A stretch of 64,000 nucleotides of DNA from a virus. The stretch covers positions 1-64,000 of the IMG/VR virus record IMGVR_UViG_3300027901_000002; one strand, given 5' to 3'. The position numbers and the translations under genes were made by a program. This document shows, one piece after another, positions 61,747 through 64,000 of this stretch (positions within the stretch are counted from its first letter, which is position 1; each line of letters opens with the position of its first letter). The notes below the pieces were generated by a model. The model was given only the letters and a program-made list of their open reading frames with translations. It did not search any database and had not been told where the DNA came from.

Positions 61747-62359
61747 TTGTTTTATAAATTCTCGTAAGTGCCACAACTCGTGTTTTTCTAACCAATTAAT
61801 GTCCGTTCTACTCGAACTTAACATTGTTTGTAATATTTGAACCCTATTTCTACGATCGGTGTTGTAAGAAGAACATGTATTTTTAATACACTTGTTTGGC
61901 TTGCATTTATAAAGGATACAATGTTTAACGCATCCCATACAAATAGGCGAGGACTTGTTGGTTTTTACGCTTTTCATTTTAATCGTTTTATTGAATGTAT
62001 TTTAATTCCCGCGCGCATTTTTCGCACAAAAATCGAGTAGAGCCTGGAATTGGTTCGGAGTCTTTTATCTCCTCAAAATCTCCGCGTTCGTCCATTTTCC
62101 AAACTTTTTCTACATCTTCGACGCAATAACGAGCGATAGCTGGACAATGATCGCAGTATTGTTTGTCTCTAATTGTTTCGAGAATGTCGAGTTGAGTTTC
62201 CAGCATAAGAAGAGTTGCTTGTTTTTCGTGAGCGTACGCTTCTTCCATACGCAAATTTAAAACCATATTTTTTAATACTTTGTTGCTCTTTAACAATTCT
62301 TCTAATTCGCTTTCCTTTATAACTTTCATAATTTTAAGTAATGATGTTTTGTAATCGTA

Positions 62360-62390
62360 AAAATAAAGAAAAAAAAATCAAACAAAAAAA
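62360..62390 (-). terminator. Oligo-T tracts, candidate archaeal terminator
   Basis: Several 5-9 nt T runs on the minus strand just after the stop of 62414-62854. Confidence 0.45.
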
Positions 62391-62413
62391 ATGTTAGTTT
62401 GATGTTAATTGTT

Positions 62414-62854
62414 TTACTTCGAATTGGATAAATCTAAATCTTGTAGAAATTCGTCTAGGACGCTCCACAAGCCAGAAGGACTGAAATCTCCAGGAGTCGA
62501 TACTTCTTTGTCTAATTGAGACCTTTGCCAAAAGTTGTTTTCTACTAAAAAGGTTTTGTAGTCTTCGTGATCCTTAGCCCAATCTTGTATAATTTTCCAT
62601 CTTTCTTTAAGAGGAATTTTTGAGATTGGTCGTTGATCGATCTTTTTGAGGTCTGGTACCTCAGTAAGGGCGTACGCCGTTTCAACTTTGTCGAGAGGTT
62701 TCATTGTTTTTTCTCCGCTAAAACATCTTTTCTGATGTTCTGGAGGAAGTTGGGAAACGATTTTGACGATTTGATTCTTCTTTAAAGTAATATACGAGGA
62801 ATCTTTAGTCCGTTCACTGATTTCAGTTTTAGACATTCCTTTTTTACCTGCCAT
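62414..62854 (-). CDS. Hypothetical protein, first gene of the minus-strand block
   Basis: Strong SD (AGGAGGT) upstream of ATG. Confidence 0.7.
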   Translation of the reverse strand: MAGKKGMSKTEISERTKDSSYITLKKNQIVKIVSQLPPEHQKRCFSGEKTMKPLDKVETAYALTEVPDLKKIDQRPISKIPLKERWKIIQDWAKDHEDYKTFLVENNFWQRSQLDKEVSTPGDFSPSGLWSVLDEFLQDLDLSNSK

Positions 62855-63152
62855 AGCTTTTACCTCCTAATTTTATATTTGGTTAATAATTTTGTTGGTA
62901 GATTTTACTGTGAAATAAATTCCACTCTATACTATGATATCTCGAATTTGAGATCTTAAAATCTGTGAGAGCTAGGATTATTTCGGTTAATCTAATTGAT
63001 TGAATAAAGAAAATATTCTCGGATATTCACGATGTAGGGAATACTGGATAAAGAAATTGATTGAAATGAGCCGCTGGTAAAGCGCAAAGTTTATAAATGA
63101 TGCTACATTGGGAATACTTGACAGTTTTGAACTAAAAAAGAGGAGTAAAAAA

Positions 63153-64000
63153 TTGGATTTAAACGCGCTAAAATTAAATACAATCTTCAAGTTGAGGCTT
63201 CTTAAATTGGACGAAAAAGAGTTAGACAAACTCTGCAACCAAGTAATGAGAGGCAACACGAAAACTGTCAAAAAGATTATCTACAAATACATTAGAACTA
63301 ACACAGAACGAAAGTCTCAAGACTACTTTTATCAATTTAGGCTCAAAAAAAACAGGCGTTTTCTCAACAAACTATCAATCGAAAACATTCAACGAATGAT
63401 TAGTATGGAGTTAGATCGTTCTCTCAAGCACGATTTTAGAAACAACAAATCTAATTTGAAGTTTCAGAAAGTCGTATCAAACGCTATTGAAACTATTAAC
63501 AATTGTCCAGACGATAGAGTTGTTAATTGCGTCGATTGGATTAAATCTCGTTATCAAATAGTACAAACAGACGAAATTGGTTTGACAAAAATCGAATATT
63601 CTTACTCGGATCACGCCGCATTGTTTAGAAAGAAGTTAATAAACAAAAAGTTGGAATTCTCTGAAGTAGCAAGAGATGTGTTTGAATTAGTCGATCATCT
63701 CGATTACATTCAAAATTTAAAGGCTATGATTAATGAGTCCGAATCTAGTACGCCTCCTATCCCTCCTAACGGCACGGTTGATATGTACGAATATACTGAC
63801 TATTTACAACAAACTCAAATTAAAGTAGAAGATTTAAAGCGACAATTAAATAAATACACAATTATTGTCGAACGATTCTTAAAGGAGAGTAGCGTACCAG
63901 AGCGTATCAAAGAAGAAGTTAAGAAAAATAAGTATCAAATTAAAAGTAAGAAAAGTAAATTGTTCGTTTTAGAATTACGCAAACAATTTGAACGATTTAT
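63153..64000 (+). CDS. Hypothetical protein, divergent, truncated by window end
   Basis: Own translation: frame open from 63081 to the window end. TTG at 63153 follows GAGGAG, with TTTATAAA at 63090-63097. Confidence 0.7.
   Translation, partial: MDLNALKLNTIFKLRLLKLDEKELDKLCNQVMRGNTKTVKKIIYKYIRTNTERKSQDYFYQFRLKKNRRFLNKLSIENIQRMISMELDRSLKHDFRNNKSNLKFQKVVSNAIETINNCPDDRVVNCVDWIKSRYQIVQTDEIGLTKIEYSYSDHAALFRKKLINKKLEFSEVARDVFELVDHLDYIQNLKAMINESESSTPPIPPNGTVDMYEYTDYLQQTQIKVEDLKRQLNKYTIIVERFLKESSVPERIKEEVKKNKYQIKSKKSKLFVLELRKQFERF

Noticed and set aside
751-62040. Numerous plus-strand ORFs of 60-165 aa in the track
   Set aside because: They are antisense shadows of well-supported minus-strand genes, with F/S/I/L-rich composition and no motifs.
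62987-63271. Minus-strand 94-aa ORF in the track
   Set aside because: It is the shadow of the long plus-strand frame that runs off the window end.
1-64000. Alternative genetic code
   Set aside because: TAA, TAG and TGA all terminate conserved genes at expected positions, and coding density is high with the standard code.

Overview
AT-rich, densely packed segment of what is most likely a large dsDNA virus of archaea, probably infecting Asgard/Lokiarchaeia. Capsid, portal and terminase genes are not in this window. Essentially every real gene from 1 to 62854 lies on the minus strand, often coupled by ATGA/TAATG overlaps. One divergent plus-strand gene starts at about 63153. The window holds a glycosylation/sulfation/methylation module (GT4 x2, GT2, two SAM methyltransferases, sulfotransferase, APS kinase) and two DNA adenine methyltransferases. 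It also holds a nearly complete archaeal-type replisome: split family B polymerase, clamp-like protein, RFC small and large subunits, PriS-PriL-like primase, Fe-S SF2 helicase, SSB-like protein, AAA ATPase, ERCC4 and Cas4-like nucleases, RNase HI and dNMP kinase. Three large acidic virion-type proteins, a TFIIB homolog, a MoxR-vWA pair and dozens of small Zn-finger or membrane ORFs follow. The most striking unexplained structure is at 39.4-40.6 kb. Three GC-rich 132-145 nt inserts are each bracketed by the same bulge-helix-bulge (BHB) motif with compensatory base changes, which predicts circular RNAs or mRNA introns cut by the host tRNA-splicing endonuclease. Removing them restores normal gene overlaps. 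Nearby is a 129-nt tRNA-like RNA with kissing loops. Five otherwise unrelated proteins, including PolB, RFC-L and Dam, end in the same D-M-[IV]-L motif. All calls come from reading motifs by eye; no searches were run.
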